In this document: in pieces, positions 1 through 9,633 of the stretch | Layout of the letters: each line of letters starts with the position of its first letter | Numbering within the stretch: position 1 is the first letter of the stretch | Virus record (IMG/VR): IMGVR_UViG_3300003324_000142 | Span: 1-54,868 of that record | Direction: 5' to 3' (one strand) | Origin: a virus | Lineage: Duplodnaviria; Caudoviricetes | Length of the DNA: 54,868 nt | Made by a program: the position numbers and the translations under genes | The notes under the pieces: generated by a model | What the model was told of the DNA's origin: nothing | Databases searched by the model: none | What the model saw: only the letters and a program-made list of their open reading frames with translations

Positions 1-2
1 AG

Positions 3-395
3 GCGGTTCGCTACGCCCGCCGTCAAGACGCAGAGGCCGTCCATGCCGAGGACGAGGATGCTTGGCGCGTCGAGCCATTTGGCACGAACGATGCGCCGGT
101 AGAGAGGTTGGTGGAGGCTGCGAAGCGCGTTCTTGTGCTCGCTCGCAACGAGGGGGTGGCGACCGGAAGCAACGGGCAGGTGTTTTGGGGCCAAGCGATC
201 CGCGACTTGGAAGCCGCCCTAACCACCGCACCAACCGCGCCTGTGGTGCCGGATCGGGAGGCGATTGCGCGGGTCATTTGCCCCGCCGCATTCACAATCG
301 GCTCAAAGAACCGAGCGCACTGGCGGGAATATGCGCTCAGACGGGCCGACGCCATCCTCTCCCTGATCGCCGCCCGTCCCGGAGACACCGCATGA
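3..395 (+). CDS. C-terminal part of a hypothetical protein that begins at 54648 and crosses the window ends
   Basis: Frame open from base 3 (AVRYARRQDAEAVHAEDEDAW...) to TGA 395, with an ATGA overlap into the next gene. Reads as a continuation of the unterminated ORF 54648..54868. Confidence 0.7.
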   Translation, partial: AVRYARRQDAEAVHAEDEDAWRVEPFGTNDAPVERLVEAAKRVLVLARNEGVATGSNGQVFWGQAIRDLEAALTTAPTAPVVPDREAIARVICPAAFTIGSKNRAHWREYALRRADAILSLIAARPGDTA

Positions 396-877
396 CCCCC
401 ACGGACACGAATATCGTCATCGACACAACCCGTCCAACGCTGATCTGGTGCGTCTATGAACACCAGTGCGTCCTTGAGCCCGAAAAGCCGCCCGAGACGA
501 TCCTTGTTGGCGCGTGCCGGCTAACCGACTGCTACAAGTTGATCGACGGCAAGACGAACAGCGAATGGGGGCGGATATACGCTAACGGCGGGGCAGTGCT
601 GGTCCGGATCATCCAGTTGCACGACGATGCGCTCACAGCCAAACGGGCCGCGATTGCGCACATCAAAACGCTGCCGCACCCGCCGCGGTGCAACCTGCGC
701 GGCGTCAGTATGCGCGGCGCCAAGCGGCCCATCATCTGCGATCAGAACGGGCAGGAATACGCGACGCAGGGCGAAGCGGCCGAAGCGCTCGGCATCTCGC
801 AGTCGGGCATCAGCCGGCACATGGCGGGCGAATTGGCGCACGTCCAGGGGCACACATTTCATTACAGGGCGGTGTGA
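392..877 (+). CDS. GIY-YIG-like/NUMOD1-type HTH DNA-binding protein
   Basis: ATG 392 after GGAG. The C-terminal RPIICDQNGQEYATQGEAAEALGISQSGISRHM resembles a NUMOD1/HTH domain. The N-terminal WCVYEH...LVG resembles a degenerate GIY-YIG. Confidence 0.55.
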   Translation: MTPTDTNIVIDTTRPTLIWCVYEHQCVLEPEKPPETILVGACRLTDCYKLIDGKTNSEWGRIYANGGAVLVRIIQLHDDALTAKRAAIAHIKTLPHPPRCNLRGVSMRGAKRPIICDQNGQEYATQGEAAEALGISQSGISRHMAGELAHVQGHTFHYRAV

Positions 878-878
878 T

Positions 879-1136
879 ATGGTCATATTTAAATACGAAT
901 TCGAAACGGATGCAATCAACGCTCCGAACGGTAAAGTGCTGCTTGTCAGCCAACGACAGGACGGGGTGACACTGCCGACCATCTGGATCGAACATAGCAG
1001 CGCAGCATCACGGACCGAGATGTTGTATTTCCTTCGTGGGACGGGTGAGACAATACATCCGGATAGCAATGCCGAACACGTCGGATCAGCAGTATGCGGA
1101 CCGTTCGTCTGGCACGTCTATCGAAGGGCGGTATAA
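879..1136 (+). CDS. hypothetical phage protein
   Basis: ATG 879, tightly packed. Ends HVGSAVCGPFVWHVY, a motif typical of small phage proteins. Confidence 0.65.
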   Translation: MVIFKYEFETDAINAPNGKVLLVSQRQDGVTLPTIWIEHSSAASRTEMLYFLRGTGETIHPDSNAEHVGSAVCGPFVWHVYRRAV

Positions 1137-1300
1137 TGCGCACATACAGAATCCGAATGGAATATAATCGCTGGTACGTCCGTATCTACGCTGATACAAC
1201 AACCGGTGACTGCATCGACCGACACGGCCCATACGATACGCTCGAAGCAGCGGAACAAGTGGGCCGCGACACCGGACTGAACAACGGAGACGAGGGATGA
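1136..1300 (+). CDS. hypothetical protein
   Basis: TAATG coupling upstream and ATGA coupling downstream. Confidence 0.55.
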   Translation: MRTYRIRMEYNRWYVRIYADTTTGDCIDRHGPYDTLEAAEQVGRDTGLNNGDEG

Positions 1301-1584
1301 TTATCGCAGCACTTGCCATGATCGCGACAACGGATCGCGATCGTGCGTGTTTCATGCTTGCCGACGTGGCCGAATCGGTTATCGAAGCCCATGAAGCAAA
1401 TGTTCCGATTCAACAGGCAATGTCTATTGTCGATGGTCTGGTGGATGCGCCCCCGCTCGCTAACATCGCTCGAAATCTCATCATCAAAATCTACCGAACT
1501 GAACCGACGGGCGAACCTGTCGATCGAGTGCAAACGATCAACGAGTTGGCCGCAAATTGTATGAAGGCAGATTATGATGAGTGA
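1297..1584 (+). CDS. hypothetical protein
   Basis: Coupled ORF in a co-directional run. Confidence 0.55.
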   Translation: MIIAALAMIATTDRDRACFMLADVAESVIEAHEANVPIQQAMSIVDGLVDAPPLANIARNLIIKIYRTEPTGEPVDRVQTINELAANCMKADYDE

Positions 1585-1825
1585 GGAACGCGACACCATC
1601 AACGCACTCGGCGCGCAGTTGCTCGGTCTGATGGGACCGAAGGAACGCAGCGTGACGTTGCATCCCGGCAGCGCCGACACACCCAACGGCAGCATCAGCG
1701 CCACGGTGAACAACGGCATCGTCAGCCACACGTCCGAAGCGGTCGGCTTGTACGATGCGCTCCACATGGCCCGCCGTGAGGTGGAGATACAGACGGGCCG
1801 ACTGTTGAAGGGAGACGCAAGTTGA
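1574..1825 (+). CDS. hypothetical protein
   Basis: AAGG RBS, overlaps its neighbours. Confidence 0.6.
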   Translation: MMSEERDTINALGAQLLGLMGPKERSVTLHPGSADTPNGSISATVNNGIVSHTSEAVGLYDALHMARREVEIQTGRLLKGDAS

Positions 1826-2019
1826 CCATTGGACGCAGCATGTCGATCGATATTGTTAACCGTCACAACAACGAAAGTTGCACCTTGCGATTGAATATAT
1901 ACAATGACGACGGTATGATTACGGACATCATCGAAGGGCCGATGCGCTTCATCATTACTTACGCGATGAAGCACGTTTCTCCCGATACCAAACTGGAATT
2001 ACGAAAGGTGCGAAAATGA
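1822..2019 (+). CDS. hypothetical protein
   Basis: GGGAG RBS and TTGA overlap. Confidence 0.5.
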   Translation: MTIGRSMSIDIVNRHNNESCTLRLNIYNDDGMITDIIEGPMRFIITYAMKHVSPDTKLELRKVRK

Positions 2020-2195
2020 AACGTTATAAGGTCGAGATGACGCACGGTCAGGATCAACGGCTGGTCGAAGCGGACAGCGTGCGGCAAATCGACGACTGGC
2101 TCATCTTTTATCGTCTGCCGCCCCAGGGCGGGCCAGCACTGGAACATTGGCGCGTTCGGATCGAATGCGTCGTGTCAATGGAGACAGTACGATGA
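2016..2195 (+). CDS. hypothetical protein (59 aa, not in ORF track)
   Basis: ATGA overlaps at both ends. Begins MKRYKVEMTHGQDQRLVEADSV. Confidence 0.55.
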   Translation: MKRYKVEMTHGQDQRLVEADSVRQIDDWLIFYRLPPQGGPALEHWRVRIECVVSMETVR

Positions 2196-2857
2196 CGACA
2201 CACATCAGTCTGGACCTCGAAACATGGGGCACACGACCCGGATGCGACATTCGGTCCATCGGTGCGACTGTATTCTTCCCCGGTAGTAACATCGGTGACG
2301 GTGTACCGGACGGCACAATTGACGGAATCGAACAGGCGTTCTACATCGCGTGCGACAATCCATGCAAGTATCCGCACGGCAGCGACGAATACCCCGACCT
2401 CATTCGAAAATACCCCCTCCACCGCGACCCCCGCACCGTCCAATGGTGGTCCGAACAGTCCGACGAAGGACAGGCGGCTTTCACGGACCCTGTGGACTTG
2501 CGTGAGGCGTTGGAACGGTTCAGTGAATGGCTATACAGGGTCAACGATAACAACGCATTGGACGAACGGCTACGCATCTGGTCCCACGGCTCACATTTCG
2601 ATCCGCCGATCCTCGCCGCAGCATATGAAGCGATCGGTCTGCCCGTCCCGTGGCACTATCGAGCCCCGCGCGACACTCGGACGCTGTTCGATGCGGCCGG
2701 CATCGACGATCACAGCATGTGGCTCAAGCAGCACCCCGGCCCGCTCGGTGTGCCGCATCATGCGCTCGACGACGCCATTTGTCAGGCACGGGCCGTGTGT
2801 GCCGCTTGGAGCCGATTGCGGGTGGTCGGGAACCGTGCTACGGGTGACACGGTTTAA
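2192..2857 (+). CDS. DEDDh 3'-5' exonuclease (Rv2179c/exonuclease VIII-like)
   Basis: HISLDLET, WSHGSHFDPPIL, RDTRT and HHALDDA motifs. GGAG RBS. Confidence 0.85.
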   Translation: MTTHISLDLETWGTRPGCDIRSIGATVFFPGSNIGDGVPDGTIDGIEQAFYIACDNPCKYPHGSDEYPDLIRKYPLHRDPRTVQWWSEQSDEGQAAFTDPVDLREALERFSEWLYRVNDNNALDERLRIWSHGSHFDPPILAAAYEAIGLPVPWHYRAPRDTRTLFDAAGIDDHSMWLKQHPGPLGVPHHALDDAICQARAVCAAWSRLRVVGNRATGDTV

Positions 2858-2876
2858 CCCTGTCAGGAGCCATCCC

Positions 2877-3101
2877 ATGAACAAATCCGCGCTCAAGGCG
2901 CTCGCCGATGGGCCAGTGGTCCAGGTGCTGCCGGAAAGCACCGCGCAGCCGATGATCGACAGCGGCCACGTCCGCCGCGCCACGATCGATCCGATGCCCA
3001 AGAGCGGCATTCCGGTCAGCATCACGGCCAAGGGCCGCGGCGCGCTCGCGGGTCCGGGTGGCCCGACGCCTCCCCCGCCGCCGCCCCCGCCCAAGGACTG
3101 A
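2877..3101 (+). CDS. small protein with a poly-proline C-terminus
   Basis: AGGAG RBS before ATG 2877. Ends GPGGPTPPPPPPPPKD. Confidence 0.65.
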   Translation: MNKSALKALADGPVVQVLPESTAQPMIDSGHVRRATIDPMPKSGIPVSITAKGRGALAGPGGPTPPPPPPPPKD

Positions 3102-3104
3102 GCG

Positions 3105-3545
3105 GTGCAAATCCACGTCTGGTACGGCGTGGCGCTTGCGGCCATCACCTTTGTCTCTTGGAGGCTTGGTGGTGGCCGTTTCGCATGGGGCAAATTATTC
3201 TGTCACGATCCCGCAGACGACCGCATCTATCTGTGCCTGATCCTATGGTACAATTGGCTTTGCACCAACGCAGCCGCACTGACCCAAGCGTCCTATTACC
3301 CGTTCCTGACGATGTTCGTGATCGACGGCGCGACATGGGGTCTCATCGTCGGCACACTGCAAAGCGACCGCGCGCGGATCGTGGGATACACCAGTCTTGC
3401 GGTGCTGACATACGACATAACGCTCGCAGCCGGCGTGTCGTCGCTCGGGGTGAGCCCTGCGCTTGATTGGCTCCGTATGTTCGGCTACTTCCAGATGCTG
3501 CTCATCCTGCTCCCGGAGAAGCGAGTATGCCCAATCCGGCTCTAG
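3105..3545 (+). CDS. multi-pass membrane protein
   Basis: About 4-5 hydrophobic segments. AAGGA RBS and GTG start. Confidence 0.65.
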   Translation: MQIHVWYGVALAAITFVSWRLGGGRFAWGKLFCHDPADDRIYLCLILWYNWLCTNAAALTQASYYPFLTMFVIDGATWGLIVGTLQSDRARIVGYTSLAVLTYDITLAAGVSSLGVSPALDWLRMFGYFQMLLILLPEKRVCPIRL

Positions 3546-4039
3546 TAGTCCCTGCGGTCAGCACTTTCCCGCTGTCATTCGACGGCAACCCGTGGACCTT
3601 CGGGAGCGCTTTGTTCGCCCTGACCGTCGTGTCGTCGGTATCGCTCGCAACGATGGGCCAATTGTGGGCCGAAGCGCGCGTATTCGGCTATCGGTTCAAT
3701 GCTCCGCATGGTGCCGCACGGACGATTCTGTTCCTGCTGATGCTGTCGTTTTTCATGCGGTCCGCTCCGGACGTGCTTTTCCTGCTGCTATGGGGCGGCG
3801 TCGGACCGCATACCATCGCCATTGTGCTGATCACGAAACGGTGGTTCGACGCGATCAGCGTGATCCCCTTTCTCGGCTCGGCACTCATTCTCATCCGAGC
3901 CCGACCGCCCATCGTGTTCCAATTGACCCGACAACCGCTTCCGGTTGACCTGTGGCCCACATGGCTTATGGTGCGGAAGAACGTGGGGATTATCGGCTTG
4001 GCAATGCTGATAGCAACGGGGGTTACACTTGCGCGATGA
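3527..4039 (+). CDS. multi-pass membrane protein
   Basis: About 4 hydrophobic segments. GGAG RBS before ATG 3527. Confidence 0.7.
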   Translation: MPNPALVVPAVSTFPLSFDGNPWTFGSALFALTVVSSVSLATMGQLWAEARVFGYRFNAPHGAARTILFLLMLSFFMRSAPDVLFLLLWGGVGPHTIAIVLITKRWFDAISVIPFLGSALILIRARPPIVFQLTRQPLPVDLWPTWLMVRKNVGIIGLAMLIATGVTLAR

Positions 4040-4380
4040 CCGTAAAACCGGCCGTTGTTGTCGCGCCGTCATTTGGACCGGCCGTGGTCGTCATTGCCGG
4101 TCAGCCGATTCCGGTCATGGCGGCAGGGCTCGCGGTCGCCGGATTGATCCTCGCGCGACTGGTCGCACCACCCCCTAAAGTCCCGATGACCCGATCGAAG
4201 GCTTGGGCGCTCACCGGCTTGCTAACCGTGGTGTTGCTTGGCGGGGTCATCACAATGCAACCAACCGCGGGCACGGGCGTTGCGCTCGGTGTCGGACTCG
4301 GATATTCGGGGATGCTCGCAATCGAGTTTCTCGGCAGCCGAGTGACCGCCATGTTGAAGGCACTCACCGAAGGGAAGTAG
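4036..4380 (+). CDS. membrane protein, holin-like (about 3 TM)
   Basis: Hydrophobic helices, charged C-terminus, ATGA coupling. Confidence 0.6.
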   Translation: MTVKPAVVVAPSFGPAVVVIAGQPIPVMAAGLAVAGLILARLVAPPPKVPMTRSKAWALTGLLTVVLLGGVITMQPTAGTGVALGVGLGYSGMLAIEFLGSRVTAMLKALTEGK

Positions 4381-6705
4381 TCAGGTGCTATACCCCTGCG
4401 CCGCCGCATACCCAGAGACATCGCCCCGCTCGCCCCAATGGTACAGGGTGGCGCGTGCGTTGGGCTCGTCGGGGTTCTCCGCGAAATAGCCTTGGAGCGC
4501 TCGCCCGCTGTCCACGTAGCCCATCGATTCGAGGATGCCGGCGATGATGTGCGGGCTGACCTGACCGCGCGTGACGGACTGTTTCTTGAGCCGCTGCATC
4601 ACAGCGACGCTGCTGATCCATCCGCCGACGAAGCCAGGCAATTGCTGCTCGACCGCTTCGCTGATGGCACGCTCGATCGGGCTGCGTGAGAGGTTGACAG
4701 CTTCCGCGGTGCTGGTCGTCTCGGGTGCGCGCATCGGGATCGCGCCGCGCTCGATCGGATAGCTGAGCAACCAGTCGGCGACGATCGCCTTGCCGTCGCC
4801 GCGCATCCATTCGAACAACGGCTTGAAATACTCGTCGTTCATACCGCGTTCGATCAGGTCGGATGCGGTTTGGATTGGGCTGTAGAATATGGCGTAGCGA
4901 CGACCGTTCTTCTTCGCCGGGATCGCGTCTTTATAATTTGTGAAGAATCCCCAACACGCAGGGTTGTCCTCCATGTCCTGATCGTGACCTTTGCCCTGTA
5001 TCTCGATCGTTTCGCGGGTCAAAAGCGGCTTCAATACCTCGACCAGATGCAGGCGTTCGTCGACCTTGATTTCGTCGGCCAGAATGAACACCTTGTTGCG
5101 CATCCACGCGTTGAATTTGCCGCCGCCGTCCGCCAGTTCCTGTGCGTTGGGGAAATGGACGTAAGGGGCGCCGACAGCGTGCGTCATGGCGATTTCGATC
5201 ATCGTCTTGCCGGCACCTTCGGCCGACTGGATCACCGGCGCCCATGGTATCTTGTAGCCCGGATACTGGACGATGTGCGCCATCCATTGATGCAGAATGC
5301 GCTGGTCGTTGGTGTCCGGGATCAGCCGCGCCAGGTGGTTCAGGAACGGGCTCGCGTCGCCTTCGATCCGCTGGACCTGTGGTGGCGCGTACATGTTGAC
5401 CCCGGACCGACCAAGCGCGTCCTTCACTATCGCCCCTTGGGGCTGCTGCGGCAGGAAACGGATGTGGTCGACCTTGGGGATGGTCCACAGCGTCGAGCGG
5501 AGCGCCGCCTTCCAGGCTTCGTCGGTTTTCTTGCCGTCGCTGGTGATGATGAACTGCTTGCCACCATAGGCACCGTTGAACGTCGTCGCGTTGTGGAACC
5601 GCCCGTCCGGTGCGAGAATTTTACCCATTTTCACGATGAAGGCACACCCGGCGAAATACTGCTCGCATTCCAAATGCGTCAGATATTCACCGCTGCAATC
5701 GAGCGGCGGCGGTGATGCCACGGACGGCATGGGCGGCACGGTGTCACCCTGCGCCGCCGCGGGCGCTGGCACCTGTTGCCCGCCGAACGACAGCGCCGCT
5801 TGGAGCGCAGGTACCTTGCGGGTCAGATAAGACCAGCCGACCTCTGTGTCGCGCAGCGAATGCCACTGCTTGTGATTCTCACCCCGGTCGTTGGCGTCGT
5901 AACGCTCGCACCATTTGGACCACATGGCGAACAGCGATTCGCAGTCCGTCAGCGACCATCCGGCTTGCTTGACGCCGCTGGTGACGGCGATCCATTCGCC
6001 GCGGTCCAGATCGTTCGGGTCGATCAGGTCAAGCGCCCGCTGGACCCATTCGATCGATGGCGCGGCCATGTCGGGCGTGCCGAGCGGATGCCGGGTGCCG
6101 TTGCCGCCGTCGATTACGTTGACGTGTGCGAGTGCTGTTTCGAGCGCTTCGACGGTGTAGGGCTGACCGAATGCGCCGAGCGCATGGCATGTCACCAGAT
6201 ACGGTTCGCCCTTGCGGTGATAGAAGCCGGGGCATCGCATCACGCGCGTTGCGTCGATGATGTTGTCCGCGTCGTACAACTGGCGCAATTTGCGCTGGAT
6301 CAGGGTGAACCGATCGTTGCCGGTGTAGGGTTGCGTCACCCAATAGACATGATATTTGCCGGGGCTCGACTGGACGGCGAACGACGGGACGGGTTGTAAT
6401 GCTGCGGCCCGCTCGTAATTCTGCTGCGCTGACACGTTGTCCAGATCGGCGTAATTGGCGCGCAGTGCAGACACGTTATCCAGCTTGCGGCCCGCACCGT
6501 CCATCATCGCCGGGGTGACGAAGATGCCGTAGCCGCGTTCATTCATCGCGGTCAGCCATTGCCACAGGTTCGGCAGGGTGCCGCGCTGCGGATGGCCGGG
6601 GTCGCTCTTGTCCGTGTCGTGGAGCGCGCGCCAGTCCATCACCGCTGTATTCGGGTCGCCGGCAATCGCTGAGACGTAGGCCCATGCGTAATCGTAGGGG
6701 GTCAT
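4381..6705 (-). CDS. primase-helicase (RepB'-type AEP primase + PriCT-2 + SF3/D5-like helicase)
   Basis: YADLD and SSPGKYHVYW primase motifs, EWIAV...WSKW PriCT-2, Walker A SAEGAGKT, Walker B ILADE. Confidence 0.88.
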   Translation of the reverse strand: MTPYDYAWAYVSAIAGDPNTAVMDWRALHDTDKSDPGHPQRGTLPNLWQWLTAMNERGYGIFVTPAMMDGAGRKLDNVSALRANYADLDNVSAQQNYERAAALQPVPSFAVQSSPGKYHVYWVTQPYTGNDRFTLIQRKLRQLYDADNIIDATRVMRCPGFYHRKGEPYLVTCHALGAFGQPYTVEALETALAHVNVIDGGNGTRHPLGTPDMAAPSIEWVQRALDLIDPNDLDRGEWIAVTSGVKQAGWSLTDCESLFAMWSKWCERYDANDRGENHKQWHSLRDTEVGWSYLTRKVPALQAALSFGGQQVPAPAAAQGDTVPPMPSVASPPPLDCSGEYLTHLECEQYFAGCAFIVKMGKILAPDGRFHNATTFNGAYGGKQFIITSDGKKTDEAWKAALRSTLWTIPKVDHIRFLPQQPQGAIVKDALGRSGVNMYAPPQVQRIEGDASPFLNHLARLIPDTNDQRILHQWMAHIVQYPGYKIPWAPVIQSAEGAGKTMIEIAMTHAVGAPYVHFPNAQELADGGGKFNAWMRNKVFILADEIKVDERLHLVEVLKPLLTRETIEIQGKGHDQDMEDNPACWGFFTNYKDAIPAKKNGRRYAIFYSPIQTASDLIERGMNDEYFKPLFEWMRGDGKAIVADWLLSYPIERGAIPMRAPETTSTAEAVNLSRSPIERAISEAVEQQLPGFVGGWISSVAVMQRLKKQSVTRGQVSPHIIAGILESMGYVDSGRALQGYFAENPDEPNARATLYHWGERGDVSGYAAAQGYST

Positions 6706-6878
6706 GCCGTCTCCCCCCGAACCCATGCGTCAACCTGCTCGACGGCCCATCGACGCGGTGACGTGCCTGGGATCGCGCGGACGGGGAAGCGCCCGTCGTT
6801 CAACATGTTGTAGAGCGTTCGGCGGCTTACCCCTATATATTCGGCAAGCGCTTTGACGCATAAGGTTTGGGCTGTCAT
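6702..6878 (-). CDS. AlpA/excisionase-like HTH DNA-binding protein
   Basis: LAEYIGVSRRTLYNMLNDGRFP...RRWAVEQVDAW. Confidence 0.8.
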   Translation of the reverse strand: MTAQTLCVKALAEYIGVSRRTLYNMLNDGRFPVRAIPGTSPRRWAVEQVDAWVRGETA

Positions 6879-6879
6879 T

Positions 6880-6970
6880 ACCCTGTGGTAAGCGGTTCGG
6901 GTCGTTCGGGTCAAGCATCTTTTTGCACATTTCTGCATTGCGTGTCGCTTGGGGTGGTGATAAGCCGCGG
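6880..6970. promoter_or_regulatory. divergent promoter region, probably leaderless transcripts
   Basis: Minus-strand CTTGACC near 6915 and plus-strand TTGCGT near 6938, each about 35 nt before an ATG lacking an RBS. Confidence 0.45.
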
Positions 6971-6971
6971 C

Positions 6972-7169
6972 ATGGATATGACCCCGACCGAACGCATCGA
7001 GCGTTACACCGCAGCACGACGAGCCGCAGGGATGCCCGCAGTCCGCATGGACCATGTGGCTGATCGCTACATCGTTTACGGCAGTCAACGTAGCTACAGC
7101 GCTACAGAAGTTGACAACGCCATACACGGTATGCAATTAGCGGTGCAACATAAAGGAGACGACAGATGA
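6972..7169 (+). CDS. hypothetical protein
   Basis: First gene of a divergent unit. ATGA coupling to the next gene. Confidence 0.55.
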   Translation: MDMTPTERIERYTAARRAAGMPAVRMDHVADRYIVYGSQRSYSATEVDNAIHGMQLAVQHKGDDR

Positions 7170-7852
7170 CGAAAACCACATGGGGTGAACCGATCAAAAC
7201 CAACGGTGTGAAGCCGGCGTGGTTGCGTGATGACGACGTTTGGCAGTGGTCAATCAGCCACACTGATCATTTCATCGACGCCAATTTTACCGCCAGTAAA
7301 TACGACGCTGCCGATCAGTATCGTTTCATCGCTCGGGTTCGTCTGCCCGCCGATCATCCCGCCTATATCATCCTCGCAGCCGGCGAACCGCTATGGGACG
7401 GACGGACCGGGTGGATGCCGTGGCATGGTGGCGAGCGTGCGCCGGATGATTGGGACGGTGGACACCAGATGGCCCGCAACGGAGACGTCGATAAATATGT
7501 CGAATGGCGGCACCCGTGGCGTGGTGGAGTCGGTACAACAGAGTTCGACATCATCGCCTATCGTCCGACGCAGCAGGCTTCGACCGGTTCGGTTCCGAAT
7601 GCTGTCTCAACGCAATGGTACGATCCCGGTGAGTATCCCTATGCTCACACCCGAGACGACGCGATCAAACTGCTCACTGATGCGGGTTACAAGATCGAGC
7701 CGCCCGATCCGTTGGCACCGGCGCGTGAGGCGTTGGCTCAGGCCATGGAAGCAGTCGGCAACCCGTACTCGGCCAACATTTATCGTAGCAAAGGCAACGA
7801 AGTGGTCGTCCAAGCCATCGCCGACCGCTTCACGCTCAAGGCAGACACCTGA
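7166..7852 (+). CDS. hypothetical protein
   Basis: AAGGAG RBS. Contains WHGGERAP...DIIAYR, a motif common in phage proteins. Confidence 0.75.
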   Translation: MTKTTWGEPIKTNGVKPAWLRDDDVWQWSISHTDHFIDANFTASKYDAADQYRFIARVRLPADHPAYIILAAGEPLWDGRTGWMPWHGGERAPDDWDGGHQMARNGDVDKYVEWRHPWRGGVGTTEFDIIAYRPTQQASTGSVPNAVSTQWYDPGEYPYAHTRDDAIKLLTDAGYKIEPPDPLAPAREALAQAMEAVGNPYSANIYRSKGNEVVVQAIADRFTLKADT

Positions 7853-7924
7853 GCGGTGTGGGACTACAGCAAGGGTGCGGGTGCGAAAGCACAAGGACGA
7901 CACAACAGAAAAGGTGGTTATATT

Positions 7925-8092
7925 ATGAACCGCGACTATTTCACCCGACCGATCCAGGGCGGTGGGCGTGACGCCCATTACTACGGCAACAGCGGACCAT
8001 TGCAGCCGATGGACCAACCGGCGTCACGCAGCCGCCTGATGGTCGCTGCACTGCTGTTCGCAGCGGTCGTCGTGCTGTGGGTGGTGATATGA
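7925..8092 (+). CDS. small protein with a C-terminal TM helix
   Basis: AAGGTGG RBS and hydrophobic C-terminus. Confidence 0.55.
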   Translation: MNRDYFTRPIQGGGRDAHYYGNSGPLQPMDQPASRSRLMVAALLFAAVVVLWVVI

Positions 8093-8385
8093 CCTACGCC
8101 GCAATGGGCAAGCAAGTTCTGCTGGATGGCACGCATTACGCCGACGCGCGTGATCCGGTCGTCGCGCAGCAGATCGTCGAAGCGCTGCGACTGCGTGAGG
8201 ATTTGGTGGCATGGAACGACGTATCGCCGATGCATCCGGATCAGGTCGTCGAAATCACACCGATTGCGGCTGACGCACCGCGGCGTGTTCGAGGCATGGT
8301 GTGCCAAGTGACGCAGCAGCAGGATGAATACGCTTGCACTTGCGGTCGACGGTGGGACGTGGCGGATGGCCCTGAGCACCCCTGA
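8089..8385 (+). CDS. hypothetical protein (C-terminal Cys motif)
   Basis: ATGA coupling. CQV...CTCGRRWD. Confidence 0.6.
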   Translation: MTYAAMGKQVLLDGTHYADARDPVVAQQIVEALRLREDLVAWNDVSPMHPDQVVEITPIAADAPRRVRGMVCQVTQQQDEYACTCGRRWDVADGPEHP

Positions 8386-8989
8386 CCTATTCCGATGGGG
8401 CACGCGGGTCGAGCGCGAGCGACGCATCAGGGTGAGGCTGTGCGTCGCCACCTACGCCTATGAGATCGCCGACGCGCCAATCCTGTCCGATGCTGCCTAT
8501 GACAACCTTGCGCGACAATCGGACCCCGCCGTCTGCACGGGCCATCTAGACGACTGGTGGCGCGCGATGTTCAGCCCGCACACCGGTCTGTGGATACACG
8601 CGCATCCGGACCTTGCCGGCGTCGAGCGGTCATGGCGACGATTGGCCCACCCGGCGCCTTGGCACGATAGCCCGTTGGCGCGGTGGTTGCTCGCATCGCT
8701 GCGGGCCGAACCTGCGGCTGGTCGACTGGTGAGGATTGAGAACCCGCATAACCGCGGCACGATACAGGTGATCACCTATGACGACGATCCGCGCGCACAA
8801 CGGCTCCAGGCGCTCCGTGATGAGGCGGGTGATGCGCTCATGCGATGGGGCTCGCGTGATGCGGTTGAAGCGTATCTGGACAGCCCGCAGGTCGACGACC
8901 TGATCAGACGCCAGCTAGATACACCTGACGCATCGCAGCCGGCATATCTGCAACAGCCGGATGGCCGGCGACGATCAGTTTGGGGATGA
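8366..8989 (+). CDS. protein with a LigA domain Ia-like N-terminus
   Basis: LCVATYAYEIADAPILSDAAYDNL resembles the N-terminal helical domain of NAD-dependent ligase. Start uncertain. Confidence 0.55.
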   Translation: MALSTPDLFRWGTRVERERRIRVRLCVATYAYEIADAPILSDAAYDNLARQSDPAVCTGHLDDWWRAMFSPHTGLWIHAHPDLAGVERSWRRLAHPAPWHDSPLARWLLASLRAEPAAGRLVRIENPHNRGTIQVITYDDDPRAQRLQALRDEAGDALMRWGSRDAVEAYLDSPQVDDLIRRQLDTPDASQPAYLQQPDGRRRSVWG

Positions 8990-9200
8990 TGACCGGATCG
9001 CACATTTCGACGGCGCGCTCGGCTATTGCAGCGCGCATCTTGTCGAGGGAGCCGAAGTGATAGAGACACCCGGCATGGCTCATCCCGAGAACCTTGCCAA
9101 TCCGGCGCGCGCTGACCGAGGCCGGATCGTCGCGCCATAGGTCCAGACCGGCCTGGATGATCGCCTCGCGCTTCTGCGCGCCTGCCATATAACCGCTCAT
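8904..9200 (-). CDS. TetR-like HTH regulator
   Basis: REAIIQAGLDLW...SARRIGKVLGMSHAGCLYHFGS. Confidence 0.75.
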   Translation of the reverse strand: MSGYMAGAQKREAIIQAGLDLWRDDPASVSARRIGKVLGMSHAGCLYHFGSLDKMRAAIAERAVEMCDPVIIPKLIVAGHPAVADMPAAMRQVYLAGV

Positions 9201-9616
9201 CGACCGCTCCGAGCAAGCGTTTGATAATAGAACGCATGAAGGAAACCGATCGGAGCACGCCCGTTGTGACGATGGAGCCAAAGCGCTCGACCAGACCGTC
9301 CGTTGCCATCCGTGAATGGGTGCAGTGTCTCATAATCGATGTGTTGCTGCCACACGTCATCGATCGTCAAAATGCTCTCCAGATCGGTTCGGATGGTTGG
9401 CCCGCTCGGTGGGGCGATATGGTTGCCGACGCGAACCCCCGGAACGTCAACCCGATCGCGTAGGACGGCATCCGGTTGGAGGACAGAGACAAGCGCAACG
9501 AGCGTGTCGATTGTCACGGGTTTCGACAGGAAAACTCGATGCGCGCGGATATGGTCGGGATGCGTATAGTCGATCCCTTCGATCCGGTTTGATTCCTTGA
9601 CGAACTGCTCTAACAT
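9197..9616 (-). CDS. fic: Fic-domain protein
   Basis: Canonical HPFTDGNGRSGR motif and an N-terminal SNRIEG inhibitory-type motif. Confidence 0.9.
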   Translation of the reverse strand: MLEQFVKESNRIEGIDYTHPDHIRAHRVFLSKPVTIDTLVALVSVLQPDAVLRDRVDVPGVRVGNHIAPPSGPTIRTDLESILTIDDVWQQHIDYETLHPFTDGNGRSGRALWLHRHNGRAPIGFLHAFYYQTLARSGR

Positions 9617-9633
9617 AGGTCATTCCTCGCCGA

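Noticed and set aside
3306-3312. Other CTGACGA hammerhead-like cores (also near 22257)
   Set aside because: They lie inside coding sequence without the flanking stems or a correctly placed GAAA and NUH site.
6702-6878. Excisionase implying an integrase module
   Set aside because: No integrase was found. Coupling to the primase gene suggests a replication or regulatory role.
7853-7924. Possible riboswitch or ribozyme around the GTGC-GAAA-GCAC hairpin
   Set aside because: Only one short hairpin is supported, with no match to a core I recognise.
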